NCBI GenBank assembly: GCA_051294905.1
Contig: CM119372.1
Span: 31,312,001-31,376,000, forward strand
Reading direction: 5' to 3'
Origin: Botryllus schlosseri
Lineage: Eukaryota
DNA: 64,000 bases
Numbering within the stretch: the stretch's first letter is position 1; each line of letters begins with the position of its first letter. The notes under the pieces are model-generated. The model searched no databases and was not told the DNA's origin. It worked only from the letters and a program-made list of their open reading frames with translations. Positions 63,232-64,000 of this stretch are shown here, piece by piece. The position numbers and the translations under genes are program-made.

Positions 63232-63544
63232 CTGATAATCATGTGATATTGTGATTAACTAGCTTTAAACACGGAAACACAATAACAATGAGTTAGGGTG
63301 CACGTCGTGCGTGATATCAGATAAAATATATCGTAATATATATTATGCTTTCAGCAAAAGATTGACACTTTTGAAATCGTGGCTAACACAAAGTGAGTTT
63401 GTGTACCATCTAAAAATAATACATTGAGCTTGAGCGCTCTCCCCACCACGATTATTTGAAATTTCATGCCGGTGGCGTCAGATTTTGTGATACGGTCGTA
63501 GATATACAATGTAATTTCCAATTCTCTACTAGTTGCTGACGATT

Positions 63545-63578
63545 ACCCCTGACGAGTGTCAGCAGAAAACATTCGGGT
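63545..63578 (+). ncRNA. Minimal hammerhead motif (copy 3, probably degenerate)
   Basis: ACCC-CTGACGA-GTGTCAGCA-GAAA-ACAT-TC-GGGT. Confidence 0.5.
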
Positions 63579-64000
63579 TCATTTCAACATGAATATACCA
63601 TACAAAATGACTCATGACAGTACAATAGGTGTCATTTTCGGAAATATATTCAATTAACATGTTCGAGGGGCTATTTCAAACCAATTGTTTTGAAAATTTC
63701 ACCTCTAAAAGTGATGCAGACACATCTCAAAACTCCTTTCAACCTTACGAAATCCAAACTGTAAAAAGTAAGGAGTTTTGCCAAAAAAACGCTGTGAAGT
63801 GGCAATTGTGTAAAAACAAAAGTACTTGAGTAAGTTGGGCAAGCCAGCAAAGCCAGCTCGAGTACTATATGTAGAAGTACTTCTAAAAATTGATACTTAA
63901 AAAAACGAATCACTCACAATATATTTTGTACAAACTCAACTCTCATGCAAGCAATCCAATTGAAGAAAGTAGTGTGACTCACTTAGCTCTGCCTTAGCGG

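Overview
AT-rich, intron-containing animal genomic DNA. Gene content and style suggest an invertebrate chordate such as a tunicate; that is inference only. Four host genes could be assembled by hand with consistent splice phases: IAH1 (4 exons, +); an intronless, divergent CaMKII/CASK-like kinase (+); a hidden 4-exon, 118-aa MAP17/SMIM24-like membrane protein ending in a PDZ ligand (-); and the last 7 exons of a KIAA2012-like gene (-). The largest structure is an ~8-9 kb foldback-type element at 6090-15154. It has TTAA-CCCT...AGGG-TTAA piggyBac-type ends and inverted arms made of 10 and 15 copies of a 211-212 bp unit. Its ~2 kb core encodes no recognisable transposase but carries the C-terminal half of a USP deubiquitinase and a short RNase H motif. 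Also present: a tandem tRNA-Lys(UUU) array, three minimal hammerhead-ribozyme motifs in Penelope-like remnants, a dead L1/Tx1-type LINE end, tRNA-derived SINEs, and more than 20 often nested hAT-type non-autonomous elements with 8-bp target-site duplications (TSDs). Family assignments come from motif recognition; no database searches were run.
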